DNA from: Macrostomum lignano
Taxonomy: Eukaryota
Assembly (NCBI GenBank): GCA_002269645.1
Contig: NIVC01000324.1
Span: forward strand, 1 to 64,000
Length of the DNA: 64,000 bases
Reading direction: 5' to 3'
The notes under the pieces were generated by a model that ran no database searches, was not told the DNA's origin, and worked only from the letters and a program-made list of their open reading frames with translations. Positions 51,060-64,000 of this stretch are shown here, one piece after another (positions within the stretch are counted from its first letter, which is position 1; each line of letters opens with the position of its first letter). The translations under genes and the position numbers were made by a program.

Positions 51060-54000
51060 TGCTGCATCAAAATAAGATTGTTCATGTCATGAATTGAATT
51101 TATTGATTTGGAGTTTGGTAGTGTATTTGGTTATAAAATTGTACAATTTACAGGTTTTTTTCCTGGAGCTCCACACTTATTCAAAATCCTTGAAGTCTAT
51201 CATTTTGGTTGGGAATCAGTTTCATTTTTACTTAGCTAGTGATATTTGGGATAGATAAATCCCTCTACATAGCTCTTTTATCTGAATTCATTATACAACA
51301 TGGCTCTAGCACTATTTGACTGTTTTTCATCTGTCTTACCAATATTTAGATTATCTTTACCTTCTTACTAGCCAAAAAATTAAAACTAGCATAAGCAAGA
51401 AAATCAAACCAAAGACACTAAAAGTTTAATTAGAAAATATTTTAAAAAATATATTATTTGATATTTTTCGAAATTAATATTGTGCAAAATGAGTTAAACA
51501 TAGTATATTTCTAGAAGTAGTGCAATTGATGTGTTCTACATCAAAATTTCAAGGGAATTTTTAGTTTGATAGCACTATTTAGCTATTAAATAGCCACTGC
51601 TGCAACAGTTAAGCATGGCATATTCAAGGATAGTTATTTAAGGTATTTTAGTAAATGGAACAAGCTGTACTTTTTGTAAAGACTTAACCATTTGACTAAA
51701 TTATTTATACCATATCAACTGAGTCATTTATTATTAGGTAATCTTTAAAAAAATTAGGTCAATAATGAAGAAATGGAACCCAGCCTATGGTAGCAAGGAG
51801 TTTTTTCACGTGAAATCAAGTCAAATGTTGACTTTGTTGGTATTATGTTTCTGCAGATTTGAGTTTTTACACTTTACCCTCCTTCCTATTGCCTATTTGA
51901 CTATTGTCTAAGTGACTTTGACTTTTAATACCCTGTGGTTCAGGTAAATAAATAATGCAAATAAACATAAATTTCAAATTTTTATCTAAATCTTAAGTAC
52001 TGCTGAATGAGACTGACAATGGCCAAGAAACAATGGCTTATGTAAGGTATAGGAGTTTTAAAAAGTGCTTTGTTGACTTACTTTTACAGTTGGCATATCA
52101 TGTTCACAATGGTAAAAGATAGTATATAATATGAATACATATGCGTGTTACTGATTTTTTTTAACACCATGTTTTTTATATGCATTGCAAGAAATTCTAT
52201 CATTATATTTCAGATTATATAATTAGTTTAGTTATAACAGTAGCACTATAACAACCATTTAGTTAAAGCATATTTTGTTAAATAAATTTATCAAACTATC
52301 ATTTCGCAACTGCTTGCAACGAAGTTGGAATTTGAAGTGCATTAACTTGTCAACCCTCTTTACACATATCTATAGACTGAGTTAGCATCTAATGTCTATA
52401 TCTATATACCAAGGACACACCTAGCCTTGTTGCATCTTGTAGCCCCTTTAGTCTAAGCCTAGCAATACATTGTTCTTAGCAACAAATTGGTAAGGTATTT
52501 TGCAAGTCATAGTCCAGCAGAAAACTGGTTATTTTTATCAACAATCATGGTCATTGCAAGTTCTAGCCTAGTAGCAATTTTTTATCTGCCTTTAATAAAG
52601 CTACTAATGCAGCCTCTGGTATATTCAAGGAACCACAAGCCAGACCACTCAAGGTGGAAACTGCCTGCTTTAATTTTGATGCCCATTCCTTGACACAAAT
52701 GCATGTTGAAATTTAGAGAAAACTAGGTGTAAGTTTAACTACCTCTAAAGGTCAAATATATCTGCCTTATTAAACATTGACATTTAAATACTATACAAAA
52801 GCATCTGCAAAGGCATGACATAACAAATGGAAGCTAGCTTCAAAGAATTGTGTTTAAACTATTTTGTACCCATGGCATGTATACAGATAAGCAAACTGGT
52901 ATCATAGACCAATAAGAATTGGCAAGATAGCAATGCAGTTACTAGGTTCATCTAAGGCTGAGTCTAAGTCTCAAATAGACTATTAAAAAATTGAAAAAGA
53001 CCAAAAGACATGCATAACATATATACTATCATCAGATAGAAACTAAGAAGAACTTAGTTAAATTAGTATCTCTATTTTTTCTATGGCAATACAGTGGCTA
53101 AATTGTAGCTATGCAATAGTTGCAAGGGAGCTGGCCATTATAGGCCATTTGTAACTGGCACATTAGGACTATATTTAAATATTGATTTGTACTTTCTATT
53201 TTTAGGTTCAAAATGAAACTATATTTAGGTTGACAAATGCAAATTTGTCTCCATATGTTAGTTTTTATGTTCTATTTAGTATATAGCATTGGTTTTTCTT
53301 TGGAAACCTCAAAGGAGCAAAGATATATTTTAGAATCCAGCCTTATAGATAGCAATTATACAAATTGTTCTTTCCTTCTGCTACAATTATTCAACAAGCA
53401 TGATTGTTATTTTTTGTTGTATAAGAAATTTGCTAATATAAGAATATGTTGTATAATATTGTAAATATGTTTATTTTAGAAGACTTTTTGATATTGCTAA
53501 AGGAGATAGCAAGCAGCTTTTAATGGCTTTGTACCTTTATATCACTTGGGTATATTTTTACTACTCCTTGATTTCAATCACCCACATTAATCTTTAGGCA
53601 TGACCTTAATTAGACTCAACGATAAAGGATATTTCTAGCAATTAGACCTCTTTGTCCATTGGATGGAGTGCTGAAGGAATATAAAAGGTGAAATTTAATT
53701 ATGCTATAGACTTTGATTGTAAAGCTATATCCTTGCTATTTGTCTATTGCCATTGCCTGCTTATCTTTTTATTTTCCTATTCCCCTTTTGTGCCCCATAT
53801 TTATTTACATTTATTCATTCTGTTGATTGTCTTGCTTATCTTGCTCCCTTTTTTGTTTACTCTGCCTATCATTGTCTTTTTTCTTGCCCCCTTCAAGACT
53901 TCCTTGCAATGCCTAACAATTTGCAATGGGAAACATAGCAACTCTCCAAGCTCCACCATGGCCCTAGAAAGCCCCAAGCCACACTGTGCAACATGAAACA

Positions 54001-55219
54001 CCCTGGCTAATAGAGGCAAATGCAAAGTATACCCAGTTACTTGTGGAGGCTATGTGCCAAATAACTATATATATTATCAGTAAATAGCTAAAGATGGCCT
54101 TATTCTGCATATATGTATGGCACCTTGGCACTTTAGTATATGTAGGAATGAGACTATTACTCTTTCTTTGTGAACTTTTGTATAATTAATTTGTGCCCCA
54201 GGATAGGACACTGCAGGCTATTAAAAAGTTCTATATGATTTAATACTTGTTCTTTTATTGGCCTTACTTCTGGTCCTTTTAGTGGTCCTCTCTTTCTTTT
54301 TTGTGCCATGGATCCAATTGCTCTTTTTGGTTTTTTCTATTTCTGCATTCATTTATTGAAATGCCATATATGGGATCAATATTGGATCTCCTATTTTTCT
54401 ATGTTGCCTTAATGTTTTTGCTATATGCCATAGATGTAACTTGCTAATTTTATTCTCTTTTTGCTTGCTCTCTTTTCTTTTTCAAGTAATTACTTTTACT
54501 ATTAGCTATATCAAAATATATTTATTATTGTAATTATGCTTATGATATCATTATTATACATATTAGGCCTACTTATAAAAATATTGTTTTTCAATGAAGA
54601 AACTATTCATTTTTATTTTCTATATTGATTTCTAATATATCATTATATGTGCTAATAAAATTTTTTACAATCTAATAGGTGGTCTTTTTGTTGTAGAAAT
54701 TTTAGTTAATATTATAGATTATAACACTCCTATTTTAGCCATTTATGCCTGTTGCTATTAGGCCTAGACCATTTAAGTTTCATTGAAAAAATGTTTTAAA
54801 CTGCAATAGAAAACTAACTAAATATAAACTTAATTTAATAAACTTAAATAAAAATGTCATCTTTTTTGGTTTTATGCTTGGCTTAAACATAAAATAAATT
54901 AACAAGTAAGATGCCTATGTTTTGCTTTGTATTTTGGCAAATTGCCAACAATATCAAGATGAAAGCTAATAAATAACAAAATGTTTGATTCTTCTGATTC
55001 ACAAAATTTGTAAAAGTAGGCAAGCCAAAACAAATAGATCATATAAACAAAATCATCATTTATTGTATTTAGTCCTTTTTATCAAAAAGTAAATGCTCAA
55101 ATATTCACTCAAGACCAAAGATTAGTTAAGTTTCAGGCCTTTTTAAAACTTGAAAATTAAACAAACATCAACCTTATATCCTCTTATATTTATTTATTTC
55201 ATATCCAGCAGTAGTAACC

Positions 55220-55250
<31 letters not shown>

Positions 55251-57674
55251 TTCCATAAGCCTAGCTACAATCTAGACCCATGTTATACTAGCTATTTTAT
55301 TCATACTTTAGCTTTAGGCCTAGCTATATTTGATTTTATAAATATCTTAAACTAGCCTACAGCCATAAAAAATAAATATAGCTATAATTATTTGAGCTGT
55401 ATATAGGCCTAGTTATATGTCTGTTATAGCTAGGCCTATTGATAGCCGAGTATAATAATTTTACAATGAATATTTCTATCTATCTATTCATTCTATAATT
55501 TATCTAATTCCAACAAGCTAATTTGGTCCTAATACTCTACCTTGCTAGCCCTATTAACCACCCTTGCTAATCTAGTCTTGTTGTCCTATCCTTGCTAATC
55601 TAGCCTTAATGCCTCACCCTTTGCTAATCCAGTCCTGCTGCCTTACACCCTGCTTCCCATTCACCCACCTTGCCTTATACCTGCTTTCCTATCCACCCAC
55701 TTTCCCCTCTACCTATCTTCCCATCCACCTACTTTCCCATCTACCCACTTTCCCATCCACCTGTTTTCCTATCTACCCACTTTCTAATCTATTAGCCTCC
55801 CTCCTTTTCAACCTCCCCCTTCTACTTGTCATGCTACATTTGTTTAATTAAGTGTGATATTACCATATCTATATCTATCAACAAGTTAAAAAATAATCAT
55901 TGTCAAAATTGTGAAGAATGATATATATTGTCATATGAGCCCATTTTATGCATTAAGAAATTTATTTATAATTGGTTATAGCTTAATGAATATTTTTAGG
56001 GACATCAATTAATATTGAATATAGTTAACAAAATAAAAGGCATTTGCAGTCACCACAAAAGAAAAGTCAATGCCTAGTCTATGTTTATCAAGGCCAAGGG
56101 AGCCAATAAGTGTCACTAGTAAGATCAGCTAGTAAGATTTGCTTTAGCATTGTGAATGCTTTTGGTATGGAATATGCTTGTATATTTATCTTTCAAATAA
56201 TTTTTCAAAGCAAAGAATAGCCTTCTTAAGTGAAGCATTTAAGCATCTGAGTGCCAAGGAAAAACAAGCATATAAAAATGCCACTAAAAAAGCTTGTGTT
56301 CGAGGTCTGTCAGGTCTTGAATTGGAGCAAATGGTGATCTAGTAATTTTTTTAAATATTTGCAGGAGGATTATAGGCACCATGGCACAAGGCCTTTGAAA
56401 AGATCATTCCACAAACAGTGAAAAGGCAATTCTGCCTATTCCATTTACTCCTTAGCTTACTCTTCACAAACATACATGGATATGTGTGTAGGCATACACA
56501 CAACTTGTCTATCTGCTTTAGATGACTCTATCATCCTCAGGCTATTATCAGCCTCAGAATATTAAAGAGCCACCATGTCAAACATAGAAGAGCCACCATG
56601 TCAAACATTAAAGAGCCACCATGTCAGCAACCTTATTTATACCCTATTTCACCCCATTCCAGCCAATATAATATTCCAGATTATTTAACTTATTTGTTAC
56701 TTGATCAAGGAAGTCTTTGTACTTGACAAACATTTCTGATGATCTAGAACATAGACTATTGATATAAGAAAATAAGCTGAAGTGCAAGTTCAAGTTTTTA
56801 TTATAGAAATAAGAGAAGAATAGGAACAAAAATGGTGGTAAACTGGTATATTACAATACTTGTACTACCTATCTATGATTTGAGCTTCTTTTTAGAGAAT
56901 TTGCAATGCTGTTTGATGTTTGTTAGCCTTAATAATATCTTTTCACATGCAGGCACATGCCCTATAGGAAAACATTGTAAAAAATGATTTCTAATAATCC
57001 TAAAATGCGGTAAAATAATTTGACTCCTTTTCTAAAGTGCGCATCTGCGAGTTTTCAATGTAATTGTAAAGAAGCATAATGGCACACATTTCTGGTCATG
57101 TGTTTCTCCAGAAGTTTCTAGACCTCTCAATTCTGCCAGTAGAGTTAGTTATATAGGTACGAGTAGGCTCATAAATCTGCAAGAGTTGAGGTTATAGGCA
57201 TTATCATTTATAATTTCTATTGACTTCAAGTTCAATATGAGTGATGATGTACAAGTAGGCCTACTTCTATTTGAAAATCAAGAGTAGCATAAAATACTGT
57301 CATTTTACTATACTATTGTCATTTTTGCCAAAAATGTATTTGCTTTATCTACTTGTTGGAAAAGCATAATTAAAAAATAGAATATACAATTAAAAGAGTA
57401 AACTAAAATCTGTCAAAAACATAACATTTTATAGAGCATGGTTTGCCTTTCAACCAGCTATTTGAAACAGAAAAAAATATCTCACTAAAATGGGGGAAAA
57501 ATATGTTTGACCTTTTCATCCAAAAAACTGTGTTTACATAAAGCCTTCTAAACACCTGATGGCTAGCTCTGCAGCATGAATTAAGTAGTTTATTGAAACT
57601 ACTATTAATTTATTGCACTAATACTTATACAAAAAGAAAAGTAGAGGAGTAAGCAGCTGTGAGTCTAGTTAGGA

Positions 57675-58212
57675 ACAAGTCAACAAATTCAACCCAAATT
57701 TGCCAAGCCAGATCAGCAGATTAGAGGCTAAATTTCTACAGGCTACTAGACCACACTGATACATGTATGATGCAGAAATAATTGTTTAGGTAAGTCAATT
57801 GGCTTCCAAGATAAGCAAAGGTGGAGAAATAGAGCCATCTTATAGTGTATTTAGATAGGAGAAAGTCAATGAATTCAACCCAAATTTGCCAAGCCAGATC
57901 AGCAGATTTGTGGCTAAATTTCTACAGGCTACTAGACCACACTAGTACATGTATGATGTAGAAAGAATTGTTTAAGTAAGTCAATCGGCTTCCAAGATAT
58001 GCAAATGCAGAGAAATAGCCATCTTGTAGTGTATTTAGATAGGAGAAAGACAACAAATCCAACCCAAATTTGCCAAGCTGGATCAGCAGATTAGCGGCTA
58101 AATTTCTACAGGCTACTAAACCACACTGATACATGTATGATGCAGAAAGAATTGTTTAAGTAAGTCAATCGGCTTTCAAGATATGCAAAGGCAGAGAAAT
58201 AGCCATCTTAAT
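57675..58212. repeat. About 185-bp tandem repeat, about 3 copies
   Basis: aacccaaatttgccaagc recurs at 57691, 57877 and 58061. Confidence 0.9.
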
Positions 58213-58993
58213 AGCAGCTAGTACATACAGCGACAGCAGTGGTTTTTTCACTGTATTTACACCGACGGACTGCCAATGAATAGAAACTCTTGCGGCGCAT
58301 TCCTAGGATTCTTATTCGCTCTTTAACAATAGCGCCGGAAGTTTGTAGCGAGTATCTTTGGCTATATGTATCCAGCAATAAGATATACTTAGTTTTTTTC
58401 TTAAACCTTCTAAACATTAAATCAACAGCATTCGAACCATTTTTGCAACTGCTAATCTGAAAGTTTTTGGAGGTCACTTCAAACATTGTTAAGTCAATTT
58501 TGCTGGCTTGTATACTTATACTCATATTTTACTTTTGCTACATTGTCAACTTAGAGTACTTTGCCTACTTAACCTAAATAACCTACCTTTTCTCCCCAAC
58601 CTACTTTGCCTACCTATGTAGACTGTCTTGCCTACTTAACATACTGTACTATTTAAATAAACTATTTTGTCTATAATTAACCAACCTTATCTACAACCTA
58701 CTTTGCTTACTTAACAACCTTGTCTATTTAACCTACTTTGCTTACTTAACCAACCTTGTCTACTTAACCTACTCATACTTTGCCTATTTACAATAACTTA
58801 CTGTATTATCTAAATAAACTGCTTTGACTATTTAACTAGCCTTGTCTACTAAATCTACTTTGCCTACCTAAACTGCCTATTCTACTTTATCTACTTTGCT
58901 TACTTCTTAGCATATTTTTTCCTGTATACTTTGTCTACCTGTTAGAATTTTGTTTAAGACTAGGCTAATGGCTAAAATCAGGTAAGATCTTGA

Positions 58994-61311
58994 GTGAAGG
59001 ACCTTGATGAAGCTGTGCAGGTTGTTATTACATTCCTTGAAGCAGGTGAAAAGTTAAGTTATAGGAGCATTGTGCAGCGATTTGGTGTTTTTCATCAAAT
59101 TTTGCTTTATCACATAAGGAAGGTTTCATCTAACAAACCCCAAAAGCCTTTTAATTCACAGAAACAGGTTTTCACAGTCAAAGAGGAAGCTGTCTTTGTT
59201 GAGACATTAGCAATGCAAAGGCAGCATATCCCAATGACTAGAGTACAGGTCTTGGAAATGGCCTCTCTAGCCCTAAAGAAAATTTCTGCTTTTAGTGACA
59301 ACTCAGATCAGTTTAAAAACTGTAAAAAAAGTGACGCTGACAGAAGGTTGGCTAAACTGCTTCTTTGTGTGCCACCAGAGTGTCCTGTCAATCTGGACAC
59401 CTCAACCGATCAACTACACCCAATTTAGTCACTAAGAAGCAGATACTTCAGCCGCTTACTTTGCTAGAAAGTCCTGCAAAGTAGTTGTTAGAAAGGGATC
59501 CAAATTTGTTTACACTAAGACAGTAGAAAAGAAAATGCTACCATCATGGTTACAATCCAGGCTTGTGATCTATGCTGCCACCGCATTTTGTTTTTGCAGG
59601 AAAGAGACATAATGTTGCAGACATTTACAACTATTCCATGACAAAGAAAGGTTGGTTGACCAGGGAGTCATTTTGGAAGTGGGTCATGGAGACATTCCTA
59701 TTCTACCTAGAGTAGAAAAAAATCAGAAGACCTGTGATTTTATTTTGCAATAATTACAATTTGCAACATAATGCTTAGATGTTGGAGCTGCTAAGCAAGG
59801 AAAATGTAAACAGGCTTTAACTGTAATCTATCTAATTATATGAGTTCCTGAAAAGTAAAAAAACTAGCTAGTATATTTTGTTTCATTCTGATCTTTCTAT
59901 CAGGTATTGTATATCTTGTTTTAATTGATAATCCCTTTATCTTTTTTTCTATCAGTTGACAATTCATAGATATTTATTTAATTCTGAAATTATTAAACAG
60001 GTCTACATTTTTGGCCAAGTCCCAAACACAATGCATGTAATGCAGCCTTTGGATGTTGCAGTCTTTTGATCAGTTAAGGCTGCTTGGAACAATCTCATTG
60101 CGCAGCAAGCGAGGCTAGATTCAGCTGGAGTTCTGTGTAATATGGACTTTATACAACTGTTTTTGTCTTCTTTGGCTGAGTCAGTCTCCATTACCAATGT
60201 AAAGTCTGGGTTTCGAGTGTGTGGCCTCTTTCCATTCAACCTAGAAGCCTTATTATATGACAAGTTGTATGTTGCCTCCAGTTTGGCCAGCCAGCAAGTG
60301 GGTGCAACTGCGACAATGACTGCCCAAGGCCATGGCAAGGCATCGAGCGGCAATGCCACCTTGGCTGTCCAAGGCGATGGCGAGGTGCCAAGCAGCAATG
60401 TCACCTCAGCTGTCTAAGGTGATGGCGAGGCACCGAGCTGCTTAGTGAGCACCACTAGCATTGATTTAGATGCCGATCAAAGTGCTATCTCTCTGACTCT
60501 AAAGTCTTCACCGAATTCAACACTTGAAATTTTACGTTCAGTGGCTCGCCAATACAACCATCCTGAAATGTTGTAGCCTAAGCCAAAAGCTAATCAGCCT
60601 AAGCGACAGCGGCCTTCAATTGCGAGGGAAGCGGGCATGCCTAAATTGACCAGCCCAAAGTTTCTGGAAGTTCTTCGTCAAAGAGAAATCCAAAAGCGAG
60701 AAATCGACAATTGGCACAATTAAAATGCCAAAGAGTGCTAGCTGAAATGAAAAAAAAACAAGGCCACAGCAGCACAGCAGTGGCAGCTACAGAAGATGGC
60801 CCAGATTAGAAGTCTCAATCCAGTGGCTGAATTGCAGAATGCAAAATCTAAACTGCGCTTAATTGGCAAGAGGCTAGGGTGCATCTTGGGTGATGCTGCT
60901 GCTGATAGCAATTGCTTTTTTGACTCTATTTGCCAACTGCTTTCCCAGGAAGGCATTGTTGAAAACCCTATAAGACTCCACACTTTGGCATGCACCAAAC
61001 TAATAAACCCAGAATTTTTTAAAGTTTCTAAAGACTTCAACGAATCTGGCATGAATCTGATTACCTACCTGGACAACATGCGAAAGCTAACTTCCTACAT
61101 TGAGAATATTGTAGTACTGTCTACTAGCCATATATTAAAGTGTGAAATTCATATTTTCCTACCCACTGCATTGAAAAAGTCAAGAACTTGCATGCCGCAT
61201 CAAAGCCATCTATAGAGAGTTATTGAACCATTGCAGACAAAGCCAACCAGTGGTCCTCTACTGGTGGCTCACATTGCAGAACATCATTACATGCTGCTTT
61301 TGTCTATATAG
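58994..61311 (+). pseudogene. Decayed pogo/Tigger-like (CENP-B HTH + DDE) transposase with a C-terminal OTU-like domain
   Basis: HTH KLSYRSIVQRFGV and FTVKEEAVFVETL; KVVVRKGSKFVY; HVMQPLDVAVF*SVKAAW; NVKSGFRVCGLFPFN; LTSPKFLEVLRQRE; then ADSNCFFDSI...AHIAEHHY. Many stops and frameshifts. TIRs not identified. Confidence 0.75.
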
Positions 61312-61584
61312 TGCGCCAGCTTAGGTTCTGCCACAGGGCCAAGTGATTTAAGAATACATACTAATTAAAAATAAATAATTTACCGACTGACCAACTGACC
61401 CTCACCGACTTGAGCTCCAGTGCATTTGCGGCTGGCGAGTCCCTTGGCTGTCTCTGGCATCTGACAGTTAACCATTGTCAGGAGATTCAATGAGCACATT
61501 CTGACATCATCGGAATTTAAGATCCGAAAAAAAATTTGGTCAAATATTTATTATGAAATCTTGTCAATAAGCATCCTACAACTA

Positions 61585-62010
61585 ATTGCACTCACTATAC
61601 TTCCTATACCATCCTGACCATCTGGATGACCATTGGGACCTTCAACAGATATGTCCATTGGACTTCTAGCAGTCTAGCATATACTTTGGCTAGAAATTCT
61701 TGATCAAGCCTCACCAATGAGCAACATGACACTACCTGTCGCACTCACTATACTTCCTGCACCATCCCGACCATCTGGACAACTATTGGGACCTTCAACG
61801 GATGTATCCATCGGACTTCTGGCAGTCTAGCATATACTTTGGCTAGAAATTCTTGATCAAGCCTCACCAATGAGCAACGTGAAACTCCCTGTTACACTCA
61901 TTATACTTCTTGCACTATCCCGACCATCTGAACGACTGTTGGGACCTTCAACGGAAGTGTCCATCGGACTTCTGGCAGTCTAGCATATACTTTGGCTAGA
62001 AATTCTTGAT
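61585..62010. repeat. 152-bp tandem repeat, about 3 copies
   Basis: gcactcactatacttcc recurs at about 61589, 61741 and 61893. Confidence 0.9.
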
Positions 62011-63715
62011 CAATGAGCACCCTAGCACTCTAAGCGTGCAACTAAACTAATGAGCAACCTGCAAATCACTGCAATCACACCTAGTCATTTTGCACTGTTT
62101 TGCTTATCAATTGTTAAGAAAAATGTCCAAGGATCAATTTGAAAAAAAAACAGAGTCACACAAAAGAAAGTGCTTGTGAATTGTTCTTAAAACTGGTACA
62201 ACAAAGTAAAGTAGCTTTGGAACTGTGTCATTGAATAAACAGTCTAATAGACATAGAATAAACTGTTGTAAAGGAATAAACAGTCTGCAATGATCTACAA
62301 TAAACAGCATGCAAGGGTGTACATATCAAAACCAAAAGTGTACACAGCAAGGCCTCCACTTTTTTTTATTCACCGCCATGTCTTGTCCCACTAGAACTCA
62401 TAAACCTGCCTTTGTGCCTGTCATTAAATGTGCAAGTTGCACAGTAAAAGAATTGTTTCCGCTGTGACAACAATCAAAATTTCAGTCTGAAATTAGACCA
62501 TAACTGTTATAAGAGCATTTCGAATTTCTACTGCAAATGTTGGCAGTTTTAAGCATAAAGCATAAAAGCATAAAGCATAATTTAGACAAAACTAGGTACA
62601 TCTTTTAGTGTAAAAGTCTGAGTGAGTAAGAGAAAGTGACAATAAAAGTTTATAGATTATAATGGTACTTACAAGCAGTCGAAGCAAAAATAAAATGTGT
62701 CATGCACTTTACATGCCATGTGCGAGCTGCAAAGACATTTTTCACAGACATAGCACCATCAACGTTTGCCTACATTTTGTGTAGCTTCCTTACCACAAGT
62801 CACACAAATTCATTCCCTGTCATATCGTGGTGAACTTGTGGGCAGGTGTGTCTGCTGCATTTCCACCCATTATGCTACGCAAGTAGCATATGCAACTACG
62901 CAAGGACTACGAAAGTTCTTGTTTTTGCCAAACTGCTTTAAATACCTTGCCTATGTAGTATATGCATCATATCTTGCTTCTTTACTGTGACAATTTCTGT
63001 ATCTCTTGCACCAAGAAATAAAGTTTCTGATTTCTTTCTCGCGTACACCATTCCTGGATAAATACTCCTATAAAACGGTCTTGTCAGAGGTTGGAAAGCT
63101 CATTTTAGCGGCACAAAAATGGAAAAGAAAACTAAACATGTTAGATTGTGTCCTTTTGCTTACATGTAGAAACTTAATAAATGATAGTGAATTCTAAGTG
63201 ACAAACTCTTAACTTTTAGTCAGTCAGTAGATGTTGTTGTTATTTTTCCTTTTAACAATTTTTTGGACTTAGGTGAAGTTAATTTAGTCATTAGCCAGCT
63301 TAGTCCTAGAAAAGTAACTTTGATTTAGTCAGCAGTTGTGGTTTGCCATAGACTATAGTTACTTATTACCTTGCTTACTTCACTTATTGCTGTTTCTTTG
63401 CACTTTAAAAAACATAATTCGCATTTCAAAAGTTGATTGAATCTGTTTGGATGGCTTTTTACCATAGACAGCAAGAGATACCTCCTACTTATCTGCAAAA
63501 TTCATTTACTGTCTTGACTGAAAGACAAATTCACACCATAGACAATAAATGCTTGTGGCCAGAGGAGGACAATAGAATCTAAAGAGTGAATTTAACTTGC
63601 AATTTTTCAAGTCACCCTGCCACTCTGATGAGGATACCTCTGCACTTTTGTGGTAGAGTTGCTCGCTTAATTAATAGCAAATAAATAAAGCTTAAGATCA
63701 ACATTTATGGCAAAA

Positions 63716-63753
63716 ACCAACGCATTTCAACCCACTAGGGCCATCGTCAGGGT
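63716..63753 (-). ncRNA. Minimal type-I hammerhead-ribozyme-like motif (Penelope-like element remnant)
   Basis: Minus strand ACC-CTGACGA-T-GGCCC-TAGT-GGGTT-GAAA-TGCG-TT-GGT: both conserved cores, a stem II and a 3-bp stem I. Confidence 0.5.
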
Positions 63754-64000
63754 ATATTTTATCACTGAACGAAACACTCAATATAAATAAGCAAACGATT
63801 GTACTATCTCAAGTGTCAAATTGAAAATGGGAGGGTACCAATGTACGAAAAACATAAAAAACTAGGGTTGGAGTTAAGCGAGAATAATGAGAGAGAGAGA
63901 GAGAAGGCAAACAGATGTAAAAAAAACAAATGTACGCGCAACAAAAAATAGTCAAACTCAAAACACCCTAAGAAGGTGGCCCGCACCACTATGTAGCAAT

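Noticed and set aside
56567-56625. Three tandem perfect Kozak motifs (gagccaccatgtc)
   Set aside because: A 23-bp local triplication in decayed repeat DNA with no ORF downstream.

Overview
Eukaryotic (animal) genomic DNA with spliceosomal introns and very dense tandem repeats. The style resembles a free-living flatworm such as Macrostomum; this is an inference, not a database result. From left to right the window holds: (1) the 3' 13 exons (about 2,600 aa, 5' end outside the window) of a giant Arg/Lys/His/Cys-rich repeat protein with a vWA domain, a PAN/apple domain and three ShKT domains; (2) a small orphan membrane-protein ORF; (3) a 5-exon TRAF4-like gene on the minus strand, whose introns hold satellites, a probable solo LTR and a near full-length LOA/Lian-like LINE flanked by a duplication of at least 360 bp that copies TRAF exon 2; (4) three single-ORF genes (a charged coiled-coil orphan, a secreted PAN-like/LamG-like protein and a B-box-like/coiled-coil/beta-propeller protein); (5) a 3-exon OTUD7/Cezanne-like deubiquitinase gene; (6) a CpG-depleted field of decayed transposons, including a pogo-like transposase with an in-frame OTU-like domain and a Penelope-type hammerhead-like motif. 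Two SINE-like families are also present, one with a CORE domain. No CRISPR array, rRNA or intact tRNA was found. All coordinates and splice sites were counted by hand and may be off by a few bases.
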